Origin: a virus
Lineage: Duplodnaviria; Heunggongvirae; Uroviricota; Caudoviricetes
IMG/VR virus record: IMGVR_UViG_3300043568_002650
Location: 64,512 to 128,511 of that record
Length of the DNA: 64,000 nt
Reading direction: 5' to 3' (one strand)
The translations under genes were made by a program, and so were the position numbers. The notes beneath the pieces were generated by a model. It was not told where the DNA came from. It did no database searches and saw only the letters and a program-made list of their open reading frames with translations. Position 1 is the stretch's first letter. Each line of letters opens with the position of its first letter. Positions 55,879 to 64,000 of this stretch are shown here, piece after piece.

Positions 55879-55923
55879 AAAAAAAGACCTCACTCCCATT
55901 TCAGGAAGTGAGGTCTAAAAAAA
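55879..55923 (-). terminator. rho-independent terminator (bidirectional)
   Basis: Perfect 10-bp stem AGACCTCACT/AGTGAGGTCT with a 12-nt loop, flanked by A7 and A7 (T-runs on the minus strand). Confidence 0.75.
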
Positions 55924-55946
55924 CCAAGATATTCTTGGAAATATGT

Positions 55947-56255
55947 TTAGCCTAAATATTTTTCGATTAGTCCATCAGCATCGTCTGGACCAAGTTTTCC
56001 TTTTTCTACTAATTTAACTAGGAGTGCAGCGATTACTAGTTTTTCTGGCATATCCTCTTCAGACATTTCAAGTTCTCCGTTTTCTGCAGCATTAGCTAAA
56101 TCATTGTGCGCTTCTTCGGCTGCCTCTTCGACCTCTTCCTCAGAACCGACTAGTTCAACTAGTTCATCTAATAATGCTTCGTCTAATTCGAATGGAGTTT
56201 CCATTTCCTCCATCTCATTTAATTTATATTCTCTAAAAGACATAACTCTTTTCAT
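55947..56255 (-). CDS. highly acidic small protein (N-terminus MKRVMSFREYKLNE)
   Basis: 102 aa. Glu/Asp/Ala/Leu-rich. Confidence 0.45.
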   Translation of the reverse strand: MKRVMSFREYKLNEMEEMETPFELDEALLDELVELVGSEEEVEEAAEEAHNDLANAAENGELEMSEEDMPEKLVIAALLVKLVEKGKLGPDDADGLIEKYLG

Positions 56256-56279
56256 GAATTGCGATTTTTTATTATTTAT

Positions 56280-57413
56280 TTACACATATAGTAAATCTAG
56301 TGGAGATTCGGAAAAGTATTGTAGAACAAACTCATTAAACTGATCAAAAGTAAGAGACTTATCGTGTTTTAACATAAACGAATATAGATCATTCACATCT
56401 TTAATTAGTCGAACACTTCTATAATCTTCACTATATTTTTTTCGAAGATCTGCCATTACTTTATTCCATAGGAATACTTGATAACCTTTTTTGATTAGTT
56501 CAATAGATTGAGTCTTACCAGCAAGGTCACTATCGAATAGGATTAGGGTGTTTGATTTACTTAATAGGTTCTCCAATAGAAGTTTACTCTTAGAGATACC
56601 AGTAGTGGCGATTGAGTTATTCAGGAACATTGCATCAATTTGACCCTCAGTTACTAGGATAGGCTTTGTAAAATCAACATTCAATACATTAAAGTAATTA
56701 TTAATTGAATCAATATCAGATATTATATCGTCTTCTACGTTTCGGACAAGACCATTCTTTTTTAATTCAGAATAGTTTTTAATTAGGTATTTTGGCCCAG
56801 TGATATCTTCACCGATTCGACGTATTGCAAAACCAAGTATCTTACCAGTTCGATAATCTATATTAAAAAGATATACTTTATCCTCTCTTGAATCAAAATA
56901 ACTACACCTTTGAAATGCAGGGAGAGTATCAAGTGCGCGATTTTTTATGAATAGTCCAAGTTCAGTATCTGGATCAATCTCACTACATGGAGTTAATGAA
57001 AATCGGTGAGCTACTTCTTCTATTTTTAAGAGGTGATCACTTGCGTTCTTATTAATTAAGAGCTCGATTAATGAGCCTCTCTTCTTTTTAGAAGTTTGAG
57101 GAACCCACTCTTCTTTTGCATTAACCTCAGGTATTCCTAGTGAATATTTAAGTGCAAATTTAGAGATAAACTTAGGAATATCAGATTTTACACCACATCC
57201 ATCATTATAGCATTTGTAGAATCCGCGATCAGGATATATGTTTCCTCTCTTTTTTCTAGAGTCTGATTTGGAATCTCCGCAATATGGGCAGGCGAAATTA
57301 ATCTTATCACCAGATTCATATACTTCCTGTTTAAATCGATCATCTGGAAATCTCTTCTTTAGGACATCCTTTATGAAAGCGTGTATATTGTATCCAGTTA
57401 ACAAATTAATCAT
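56280..57413 (-). CDS. g61: DNA primase (T4 gp61-like; zinc ribbon + TOPRIM)
   Basis: ACPYCGDSKSDSRKKRGNIYP...YKCYNDGCG matches gp61 CPVCGDSKTDQNKARGWYY...CYNC. LVTEGQIDAMF is the TOPRIM acidic motif. Confidence 0.8.
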   Translation of the reverse strand: MINLLTGYNIHAFIKDVLKKRFPDDRFKQEVYESGDKINFACPYCGDSKSDSRKKRGNIYPDRGFYKCYNDGCGVKSDIPKFISKFALKYSLGIPEVNAKEEWVPQTSKKKRGSLIELLINKNASDHLLKIEEVAHRFSLTPCSEIDPDTELGLFIKNRALDTLPAFQRCSYFDSREDKVYLFNIDYRTGKILGFAIRRIGEDITGPKYLIKNYSELKKNGLVRNVEDDIISDIDSINNYFNVLNVDFTKPILVTEGQIDAMFLNNSIATTGISKSKLLLENLLSKSNTLILFDSDLAGKTQSIELIKKGYQVFLWNKVMADLRKKYSEDYRSVRLIKDVNDLYSFMLKHDKSLTFDQFNEFVLQYFSESPLDLLYV

Positions 57414-58842
57414 TTTCTTCTTCCTCTAATACGGGAACAAGATTAGATTTTTCCTTCTTCTTGATCATCCTTTTTAAATACTTATCGAGTTCTGGCTTAG
57501 GAACAATTGTGGTATTTAGACCATATCGAGTAATAACTCCCAAATATTCTTGGAAGTCTTCTTCTGGAATATCGGCATCTGCATTTCCTATGACTTTCCA
57601 GAATTTTTCTGGGACTTCAACATATTCTAGTGTCTCCTGATCAACTATGTATAACGGAAATATCTCAGCATCAGTAAGTACCTTCTTGCTTTTTACTGTT
57701 ACTAACTCTACTGTTCTCTTTAAGTTTGAATCAAGAGAACTGATCTTCATTGCAGTCAATAATCGATTAATAGGTTCAATAATTAGTGAAAAGAATTGAG
57801 AGTCAATATCCATAAGTAGAGCGATCTCATCAGGATAGGTTCCAGGAGAGTATGCAAATACATCATGACCTCCTTCATTAGATGCAGGATTACAGTAATA
57901 AAATTTTATTTTATCACCTTCTCTAATCTTTGGATATTTTTCAACTAGTCCAGTAGTAATTAAAGTATGATTATAAATTGCAGCTGCTCTAGGAAAGATT
58001 GATATTCCTTTTCTGAGTTCAAGTTTAGCTTCACTAGCAACATACTTATTATAGACTCTAATTCTAAAGTTAAAGGCTAGATCATCTGGATGAAGACTAA
58101 GTGCTTCATTCTTTAGATCTAACAGTCGAGGAATAATATCTTTTTCTAAGTCAAGTCTTTTACCGCGATCCATAACAAAGGAGGTAAGCTCAGTAAGTTT
58201 ATTTCGAGCCCAGATAGGGTATGAACCCTTAACTGGTTCTAGACCTTTTATTATTAAGTATCTCTTATCTTGTGGTTCTAGCTCATAATTTGGGTTTGGC
58301 TCATATGCTACTCTAATAGCATAGTTTTTCTTTTTTAGCCAAATACCAGTCTCAGAAAGATTTTCAAGTTTAAACTTAAGTCGGTTCTTAGTATTAAAAA
58401 CTCTTCCATATTTCTCAAAGCACATATCAAAATAACTAGATAGACGATATCGATCAATACTAATACAGATATTTAAAGCTTCGTCTTTTGAAAAATCAGC
58501 GCCAATTATTGAATCAAGGGCAGAGTCAAACTGTACATAAATTGAGTCAGTATCAGTATAGATTGCAGCTTCTGCTTCAATCTTATTAATAGTGTATTGA
58601 TCAATTCCAAGCAATTTGTGTAGCTCAGTATCAAGATGCCACTTTTCTAAAAAATAATGGTTTACTGCTTTAATCGAAAACTTGATTAGATCTTGTCCTT
58701 GTAGAGTGATGGACTGTGCAATATCTGGGTTGTAAAAATAGAACCACTTATTTCCAAATGCACCATAAATTGAGTTAATTAGGATCTTTATCGCATTCTG
58801 CTTCAGATCAAGTTTTTTGATATTTTTTGCTTTATCTTCCAT
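57406..58842 (-). CDS. g43: family-B DNA polymerase, C-terminal fragment only (gp43-like; motifs B and C and thumb)
   Basis: KILINSIYGAFGN (motif B, KxxxNSxYG) at residues 19-31. ITLQGQ. IYTDTDSIYV (motif C). The ORF starts 18 aa before motif B, and upstream is an intergenic region followed by a + strand gene. Confidence 0.85.
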   Translation of the reverse strand: MEDKAKNIKKLDLKQNAIKILINSIYGAFGNKWFYFYNPDIAQSITLQGQDLIKFSIKAVNHYFLEKWHLDTELHKLLGIDQYTINKIEAEAAIYTDTDSIYVQFDSALDSIIGADFSKDEALNICISIDRYRLSSYFDMCFEKYGRVFNTKNRLKFKLENLSETGIWLKKKNYAIRVAYEPNPNYELEPQDKRYLIIKGLEPVKGSYPIWARNKLTELTSFVMDRGKRLDLEKDIIPRLLDLKNEALSLHPDDLAFNFRIRVYNKYVASEAKLELRKGISIFPRAAAIYNHTLITTGLVEKYPKIREGDKIKFYYCNPASNEGGHDVFAYSPGTYPDEIALLMDIDSQFFSLIIEPINRLLTAMKISSLDSNLKRTVELVTVKSKKVLTDAEIFPLYIVDQETLEYVEVPEKFWKVIGNADADIPEEDFQEYLGVITRYGLNTTIVPKPELDKYLKRMIKKKEKSNLVPVLEEEEND

Positions 58843-58933
58843 ATAATTTTATACTAGTCTGAGCTAATCTAGTTTCAGATATGACTATAATACTAAATCT
58901 TTAGTAGACATTAAATACTAGTTTGACCACATC

Positions 58934-58951
58934 GAAATAAATAACAAAAAG
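58934..58951 (+). promoter_or_regulatory. late-promoter-like GAAATAAATAACAAAAAG
   Basis: 9 nt before ATG 58961. Confidence 0.45.
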
Positions 58952-58960
58952 AAGTTTGGT

Positions 58961-59587
58961 ATGGATGACCGTGATCAAGATGGAACGGTAGACAGAACTT
59001 CGGAGCTAATGACAGTTCTTCCATTTATGACAGAATTTCCTTTTGGAGACTATGACATAATGATGGTTGAAAGAGGTGAAGACTTTATACAACTCGGAGT
59101 CTCACCGATTTTAGTGAAGGAGTTTGGGGATACTGGTAAAATACAAAACCTTAACTTCTACTATATTGAAGAAGGATCAGATATTTCAATCTCGCTATAT
59201 AAGGGCGACATTGAATGGATAGCTGAGGAAGCTATCCATGTAAAGAAGGTCGATGCTCTTCGTAAAATGCTAGACGACGCTCTGTCTAGTGATGATCTTA
59301 TATTAAAGACTAAAGCAATCAAGAACGGCCGAAAATTTTCAAAGCTTTTAAACTGTGATACTGTGACCGGAATTGACTTTAATGAATTAGTATCAGACTT
59401 CTTAATCATATACGATACTAATCTTAACTCAAAGATAAAATTGGGTTTGCAAAAATTAAGCGAGGCTACACTAAAATCCACTGAATTTTCAGAAAGACAA
59501 TTTAAAGCAGTGAGAGCGTTCCTTAATTTTCAAATTCACTATATAAAGATCCTATTAGGGATTGTAATTGCAGCTAAAATATATTAA
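58961..59587 (+). CDS. hypothetical protein
   Basis: 208-aa ORF. Confidence 0.45.
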   Translation: MDDRDQDGTVDRTSELMTVLPFMTEFPFGDYDIMMVERGEDFIQLGVSPILVKEFGDTGKIQNLNFYYIEEGSDISISLYKGDIEWIAEEAIHVKKVDALRKMLDDALSSDDLILKTKAIKNGRKFSKLLNCDTVTGIDFNELVSDFLIIYDTNLNSKIKLGLQKLSEATLKSTEFSERQFKAVRAFLNFQIHYIKILLGIVIAAKIY

Positions 59588-59590
59588 CTT

Positions 59591-60352
59591 ATGGCACAAA
59601 AACGAAAATTAAGTAGAGAGGAATTAGATGATGTTGACAACTGGCAAAGAGAACGTGAAGCGTTACTTGCAGCAAAAGCATTCAGCAATAAAATAGAGAT
59701 AAAATGTAAGTCTAAAGCCCAAAAGGATGCACTTACTGCAATCGAAAACCATGATATTTCAATTATAACTGGACCTCCAGGAACAGGTAAGACTTATCTC
59801 TCTTGTGCAAGAGCACTAAAGTATATCAAGGATGAGCCTGGAACATACAAGAAGATCATCTTAATAAAATCTGTTAATGTACCTAAGGATGAGGAGATAG
59901 GTTACTTAAAAGGGACAATGGAGGAGAAGATGGAGATGTACATGTATCCATTTATCTCAAACTTTCAAAAAGTAATTGGTAAACCGGCTACTGAGTCACT
60001 TAAAGCTAGTGGAAATATTGAAATCTTACCTATTAAGTTTGCATTAGGTGTTACTCTAGACAATGCAATCATCCTAATCGATGAAGCTCAACAAATAGCA
60101 AAGGATCACCTACATACTCTATTAACCCGAATTGGAACTGACTCTAAAATGGTATTTTTAGGAGATATTAAGCAAAAATCAGTAAATAAGGGACAAAAAA
60201 GTGCTCTTGAGATCTTGATTGAATATTTTGTAGATGTTGAAGAGATTGGAGTAGCTCAATTATCAAAAGAGGATATTGTACGTCACCCAATTATTAAAAA
60301 GTTGGAAGAAGTCTTTGAAAAAATAGAAAATTCTGAAAAACTGAATAAATAA
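59591..60352 (+). CDS. phoH: PhoH-like ATPase
   Basis: ITGPPGTGKTYLSCARAL Walker A, ILIDEAQ, FLGDIKQ, VVRHP all match the PhoH family. Confidence 0.9.
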   Translation: MAQKRKLSREELDDVDNWQREREALLAAKAFSNKIEIKCKSKAQKDALTAIENHDISIITGPPGTGKTYLSCARALKYIKDEPGTYKKIILIKSVNVPKDEEIGYLKGTMEEKMEMYMYPFISNFQKVIGKPATESLKASGNIEILPIKFALGVTLDNAIILIDEAQQIAKDHLHTLLTRIGTDSKMVFLGDIKQKSVNKGQKSALEILIEYFVDVEEIGVAQLSKEDIVRHPIIKKLEEVFEKIENSEKLNK

Positions 60353-60371
60353 TTAAAATTAACCATAAAAG

Positions 60372-60974
60372 ATGAATAATGTATTATCATTTGATAAATG
60401 GCATAGGCTTAATGAACAAGTTAACTCAAAGGCTGCTATTGCATCAGTATCAAAACCTGTGTCTAAAACACCTACATTAGGTGGTTCAAAACCTCCTATG
60501 AAAGGAGGAAGTTCAAATAGTTCAGCGGCTAAACCTGCAACTACGAATAAGCCTGCAACTACGAATAAACCAGTACCTAAGCCTGCTGCAACTACGACTA
60601 AACCGACAGTTACAACAAAACCGTCAGTTACGACTAAACCAGCCGCAACTACCAATTATTCAAGTACAGCTATACAAATATCTGATAAAATTAGTAATCT
60701 TTTTAGCGACACTAACTTTTGGGCTAAATTTAAAGGAACTATTAATGATGATGAAGACGGTGCACTAGTTGCATTTAACAACTGGTGGAATTCTTCAATT
60801 AGACCAATGTTATCTAAGCTGCCTTCAACTGATCCAAACGCTCAGACTATAATTAGAACGCAACCACTAATCCAAAAAGCATTACTTGGATCAAGTTCAA
60901 GTGATACTGTTTCGTGGACGATTCGTGGAGCTCAAGGAATGAGTAAAGCATATTCAGTGGATACTGATTTTTAA
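60372..60974 (+). CDS. protein with a mucin-like Thr/Pro/Lys tandem-repeat linker (N-terminus MNNVLSFDKWHRLNE, CTS-like)
   Basis: KPATTNKPATTNKPVPKPAATTTKPTVTTKPSVTTKPAATT encoded by imperfect 21-nt tandem repeats at 60531-60655. Confidence 0.5.
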   Translation: MNNVLSFDKWHRLNEQVNSKAAIASVSKPVSKTPTLGGSKPPMKGGSSNSSAAKPATTNKPATTNKPVPKPAATTTKPTVTTKPSVTTKPAATTNYSSTAIQISDKISNLFSDTNFWAKFKGTINDDEDGALVAFNNWWNSSIRPMLSKLPSTDPNAQTIIRTQPLIQKALLGSSSSDTVSWTIRGAQGMSKAYSVDTDF

Positions 60975-60986
60975 TATTAATATACT

Positions 60987-61286
60987 ATGAGAAAGATTCG
61001 TATACTTCGCCTTAATGAATGGCATCCAGGAGCAAAAGAGATTGATGAAAGTATCCGTGCGTTTATGGAAAGAGGAGAGTATGAACTAAATATCCCTAGA
61101 GAAGACTTATTAGATGCAGTTCGTCTTCTTATCATATATCATGAAGGTGGAAGTATTAAAAACATGTTTAGTCGAGAATCAGAGTTATATCGAGCAATGG
61201 TACATATGGAATTATGTATCGATACGATAATTGACGATGGATATCAGATTAAATGGATCTTGAAAGAATTAAAAAACGTACTATAA
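60987..61286 (+). CDS. hypothetical protein
   Basis: 99-aa ORF. Confidence 0.4.
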   Translation: MRKIRILRLNEWHPGAKEIDESIRAFMERGEYELNIPREDLLDAVRLLIIYHEGGSIKNMFSRESELYRAMVHMELCIDTIIDDGYQIKWILKELKNVL

Positions 61287-61290
61287 TCTT

Positions 61291-61311
61291 AAATAAATAA
61301 AAATAAAAAGT
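61291..61311 (+). promoter_or_regulatory. late-promoter-like TAAATAAATAAAAATAAAAAG
   Basis: 4 nt before ATG 61316. Confidence 0.4.
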
Positions 61312-61315
61312 TAAC

Positions 61316-61708
61316 ATGAAAAATTATATTCCGACTTTTTCAAGATTTATTAATGAAAATTTTGAAGATTCTCAAGAATGGCATAGAGTTAGTAAACAAC
61401 AAATTAAATATAAAGTCTCGTTTCGTGGAATAGATCAAGAATGGGTCGATCAGCTTGTTTCAGGAGAAAGATACCCCAATCAGACATTAGGAGAGATTGA
61501 GGATTATATCAACACAAAACTAGCTAATTACTTTGGAAAATTATCAAGTCAATTGAAATACGATACTCGTATGGGAGTAGTTGCTGGAAGAAACAGCGGA
61601 TTTTTCTTTATTACTTCAATCAGAGAACCTGAAATTATTGAAAAAGCTATGGAAGCAATATTTCCTATGATATCTGATTTTAAGATAACTCAAATAGAAA
61701 AACATTAA
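61316..61708 (+). CDS. hypothetical protein with N-terminal TFSRFINE motif (CTS-like)
   Basis: MKNYIPTFSRFINENFED N-terminus. 130 aa. Confidence 0.5.
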   Translation: MKNYIPTFSRFINENFEDSQEWHRVSKQQIKYKVSFRGIDQEWVDQLVSGERYPNQTLGEIEDYINTKLANYFGKLSSQLKYDTRMGVVAGRNSGFFFITSIREPEIIEKAMEAIFPMISDFKITQIEKH

Positions 61709-61715
61709 TTGATTA

Positions 61716-61742
61716 AAGCGGCTCAGTTGGGTCGCTTTTTTG
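61716..61742 (+). terminator. weak bidirectional terminator
   Basis: AAAGCG-gctcagttgggt-CGCTTT stem followed by TTTTTTG. Overlaps the 3' end of the minus-strand helicase gene. Confidence 0.35.
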
Positions 61743-63300
61743 TTATATCTACTGTATTTTCAGACATCTCAAACTTTTGTTCTCGATAAATCTCCTTTCT
61801 TATCTTAGCATGGCGAATCGAATACCCATCTAACTGATCAACTAGATCCCAGACCAAAACATTAGTCTTTTCAGCTAATTTTCTCATTCCTCGACCTATT
61901 GCTTGTCGTAGAGTGACTTCAGCTTTAATTGATTCAGCTAAGATAATATGATGTAGGTTTTTAGAGTCAATTCCAGTAGCAAAAGTTCCAAATGATGCAA
62001 CTAGAATCACATCGTCTTGAGCTTCAAGTATATCTTTAAATCTGTCACGCTCTTTTGAGTCAACTTCACCATCAATATAGAAAGTATTAGGATTCCACTC
62101 TAATAATTTCGACTGAATCATCTTTCCATAACCATTCTTGACATCTGAAAAGAGAATAAGTGAGTTCTTACCGAATTTTTTAACTAGATCATTAATAAAA
62201 TCTAGTCTCTCTTTGCTCTCAAAGATAATTCCCTTTTCGATAGCTAACATGTCCCTTCCAAAGTCTTTGGGGTCGTTATACATTTCCTTACCAGTCTCTT
62301 TAAGGTGCCAGTATTTTTGAATCATTGGATCAGATTCATCATATTTTAGTTTAACGATCTTGATCTTAATATTTGGTGAGTAACCATTATCAATTAGGTG
62401 TTTTGCTGAAAGGACCATCACTAATGGCCCAACGTTTTCCTGAACTTTAAAGAAATCTGAAAATTGTTCGTCTAATTTAACTGTTCCGGATAGTCCAAGC
62501 CGATATTCCCAATTTACACAACAGAGAAGGATCTCTCGAATGGAGTTTCCTTTAGATTTATGCACTTCATCCACTTGAACGATAGAAAATGACCTAAATA
62601 TCTCAACTGGAAGGTTAATTAAGCTTTGATATGTTGAAATTACTACTTCAGACTCATCAAACCTCTCTTGTGTAAATTTATCTTTACCTCCTATTGTGCA
62701 TACTTTCCATTCCTTTCCAGGTTGAGCATACATTTCAAATTTTTCAGCGGTTTGGCCTACTAGTGAAATATTTGGAACTATAATCAAGGATTTTCTGTCC
62801 TTTGTGATCTTTCCGCCATCTCTTAAGAATGAATTGTAGATAAAAAAGATTAGTGTCTTACCTGCAGATGTTGCAAGTTCCTGGGTACAAAACTTATATT
62901 TAATTGCTCTAAATGCACCCTCAACTTGATAGTCTCTAGGGACGATTGGAAGACCTCGTTCATCAACTATTCCAGCTAATAGGTTTTCTACATAGCTAAG
63001 GTATTTGGCTCTATCCAATTGAGTATTTACAAAGTCTTCAGATCCTTCAATCTCACAATCATAACCATACTTATCTGCAAAATTGTAGATCTCTTTCCAT
63101 AATCCAATTGCGATATTTCCATCCTTTGTGATAAATGGGTCCAGTCCATCCCATACTCCACGATCTACTAGAACGTTAAATGCTGCCTTTTTTGATTTAC
63201 GTTTAAAAAACTTAAATAGACTTGACTTTTCGCTATTGAGAGTAACATCTATAAGTTTAATAAATTTCTTGTCACTAGATACTTTAAATTTTAACAACAT
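61723..63300 (-). CDS. uvsW: UvsW-like SF2 DNA helicase
   Basis: PRDYQVEGAF, ELATSAGKTLI (Walker A), IIVPNISLVGQTAEKF, DEVHK, LGLSGT and VASFGTFATGIDSKNLHHIILAESIKAEVTLRQAIGRGMRK align block-for-block with T4 UvsW. Confidence 0.85.
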   Translation of the reverse strand: MLLKFKVSSDKKFIKLIDVTLNSEKSSLFKFFKRKSKKAAFNVLVDRGVWDGLDPFITKDGNIAIGLWKEIYNFADKYGYDCEIEGSEDFVNTQLDRAKYLSYVENLLAGIVDERGLPIVPRDYQVEGAFRAIKYKFCTQELATSAGKTLIFFIYNSFLRDGGKITKDRKSLIIVPNISLVGQTAEKFEMYAQPGKEWKVCTIGGKDKFTQERFDESEVVISTYQSLINLPVEIFRSFSIVQVDEVHKSKGNSIREILLCCVNWEYRLGLSGTVKLDEQFSDFFKVQENVGPLVMVLSAKHLIDNGYSPNIKIKIVKLKYDESDPMIQKYWHLKETGKEMYNDPKDFGRDMLAIEKGIIFESKERLDFINDLVKKFGKNSLILFSDVKNGYGKMIQSKLLEWNPNTFYIDGEVDSKERDRFKDILEAQDDVILVASFGTFATGIDSKNLHHIILAESIKAEVTLRQAIGRGMRKLAEKTNVLVWDLVDQLDGYSIRHAKIRKEIYREQKFEMSENTVDITKKRPN

Positions 63301-63311
63301 TGTCCATTTTT

Positions 63312-63746
63312 TTATAGACCTAACGTTTTTTCTATATCAAGTCGAGTTTTAATTCCAAAAATAACATTATCAATCGTTTTAATTGATTCAGTAAAGAATG
63401 CAACCTGATTTTCAAATATTTCAAGAGCTTCTTTAGTGATTGACGTTCTTCCTTCAATCACAATATTCTTTTCATTTGCTTGATACCTAATTTGAAGATT
63501 TCTTGAAATATTTTCCATTTCAAGTGATCTATCATCTCGAAATTTCTTACGAAGAGTTGTGATGTGTTCAAATAGAGTATGGTTGTCTTCTAATAATCGT
63601 TGACGAAGTGAAAGCATATTTACTTGTGCCTCCTTAAGAGTCTTAAGATTAGAAAGTTTTTCAATATTCGTATAAATTTCCTTTGAGACCTCTTCTCTAC
63701 GTTTTTGAAATTTTTCGAGTATCTTACTCTTTGTCTCTTCGTTCAT
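63312..63746 (-). CDS. coiled-coil protein immediately upstream of uvsW (UvsY-like by position)
   Basis: 144 aa, helical. Size and position match T4 uvsY (137 aa), but sequence similarity is not convincing by eye. Confidence 0.3.
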   Translation of the reverse strand: MNEETKSKILEKFQKRREEVSKEIYTNIEKLSNLKTLKEAQVNMLSLRQRLLEDNHTLFEHITTLRKKFRDDRSLEMENISRNLQIRYQANEKNIVIEGRTSITKEALEIFENQVAFFTESIKTIDNVIFGIKTRLDIEKTLGL

Positions 63747-63758
63747 AATAAAAGTATT

Positions 63759-63953
63759 TTACTTTTTATACTCAAGAAAGGATAAAAGTTTAACCAGCAA
63801 AATCGATAAATTTATAGTAGGTCGAACCCATTTTAAAGTGTTCGTCATTATCCATATCATCCTTGTCGAGTGATGAAATAATCTCATTACCTGCTGGAGA
63901 TGATGTACCATCACTATAGTAATAGTCAACATATTCTTCTCCCTTTTTACCAA
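63759..63953 (-). CDS. hypothetical small protein
   Basis: 64-aa ORF near the window edge. Confidence 0.25.
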   Translation of the reverse strand: MVKREKNMLTITIVMVHHLQQVMRLFHHSTRMIWIMTNTLKWVRPTINLSILLVKLLSFLEYKK

Positions 63954-64000
63954 GAATTAGGTTCTTAATCTTATATTTTTCAAATATTTGTGGTATCTTA

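Noticed and set aside
57406-58842. Intein or intron as the cause of the polymerase split
   Set aside because: No intein blocks are present at the fragment N-terminus, and the upstream spacer is too short (118 bp) for a group I intron. This appears to be a genuine two-gene split.
60531-60655. Tandem repeats considered as a possible CRISPR array or satellite
   Set aside because: The repeats are in-frame 21-nt coding units inside ORF 60372..60974 with no unique spacers, so they are a protein linker and not a CRISPR array.
1-64000. Prophage or mobile-element boundaries, integrase, transposase, rRNA
   Set aside because: No integrase or transposase motifs, att-like direct repeats or rRNA-like stretches were seen. 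The window appears to be an internal part of a lytic T4-like genome.

Overview
This AT-rich (about 35% GC), densely coded window looks like part of a T4-like myovirus genome, possibly a distant marine-type relative. T4-like core genes recognisable from protein motifs are:
- C-terminal half of family-B DNA polymerase (gp43-like, split gene)
- gp61-like primase
- UvsW helicase
- PhoH
- gp20-like portal
- gp25-like baseplate wedge
- HNH homing endonuclease
- SLT lytic transglycosylase
Genes on the + strand are almost all preceded, 10-25 nt before the ATG, by a conserved ATAAATAA(C/T)TAAAAT motif resembling the T4 late promoter TATAAATA. Most minus-strand genes instead carry a TAGTATAAT sigma70-like -10, often placed so the transcript would start at the AUG (leaderless). 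Shine-Dalgarno sequences are largely absent.
The accessory content is unusual:
- (i) A large family of at least 12 proteins carries an N-terminal F-x-x-[FW]-[IVL]-N-E motif. This strongly resembles the T4 capsid-targeting sequence MKTYQEFIAE that the prohead protease cleaves after Glu. In three consecutive late genes the motif is internal.
- (ii) A minus-strand operon at 34.5-40.0 kb encodes a NAMPT-family enzyme, a Prs-family kinase, a NADAR domain, a macro domain and a deoxyribosyltransferase-like protein. This looks like an NAD+ reconstitution and ADP-ribose reversal counter-defence module. A second NADAR sits at 27.1 kb.
- (iii) Other notable proteins are a flotillin/SPFH protein, an AAA+ ATPase, a Mesh1-like HD hydrolase, a pol-beta nucleotidyltransferase and a retropepsin-like protease.
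- (iv) Three paralogous structural/fibre-like genes share a 45-aa N-terminal module, with the flanking promoter and 5' coding region duplicated at nucleotide level.
- (v) A GC-richer 5' block (1-2200) carries four copies of the 12-mer GGACTCCGTAGT.
No tRNA, rRNA, CRISPR array, integrase or transposase was seen. All functional calls rest on motif-level reading of the translated ORFs, not on database searches.
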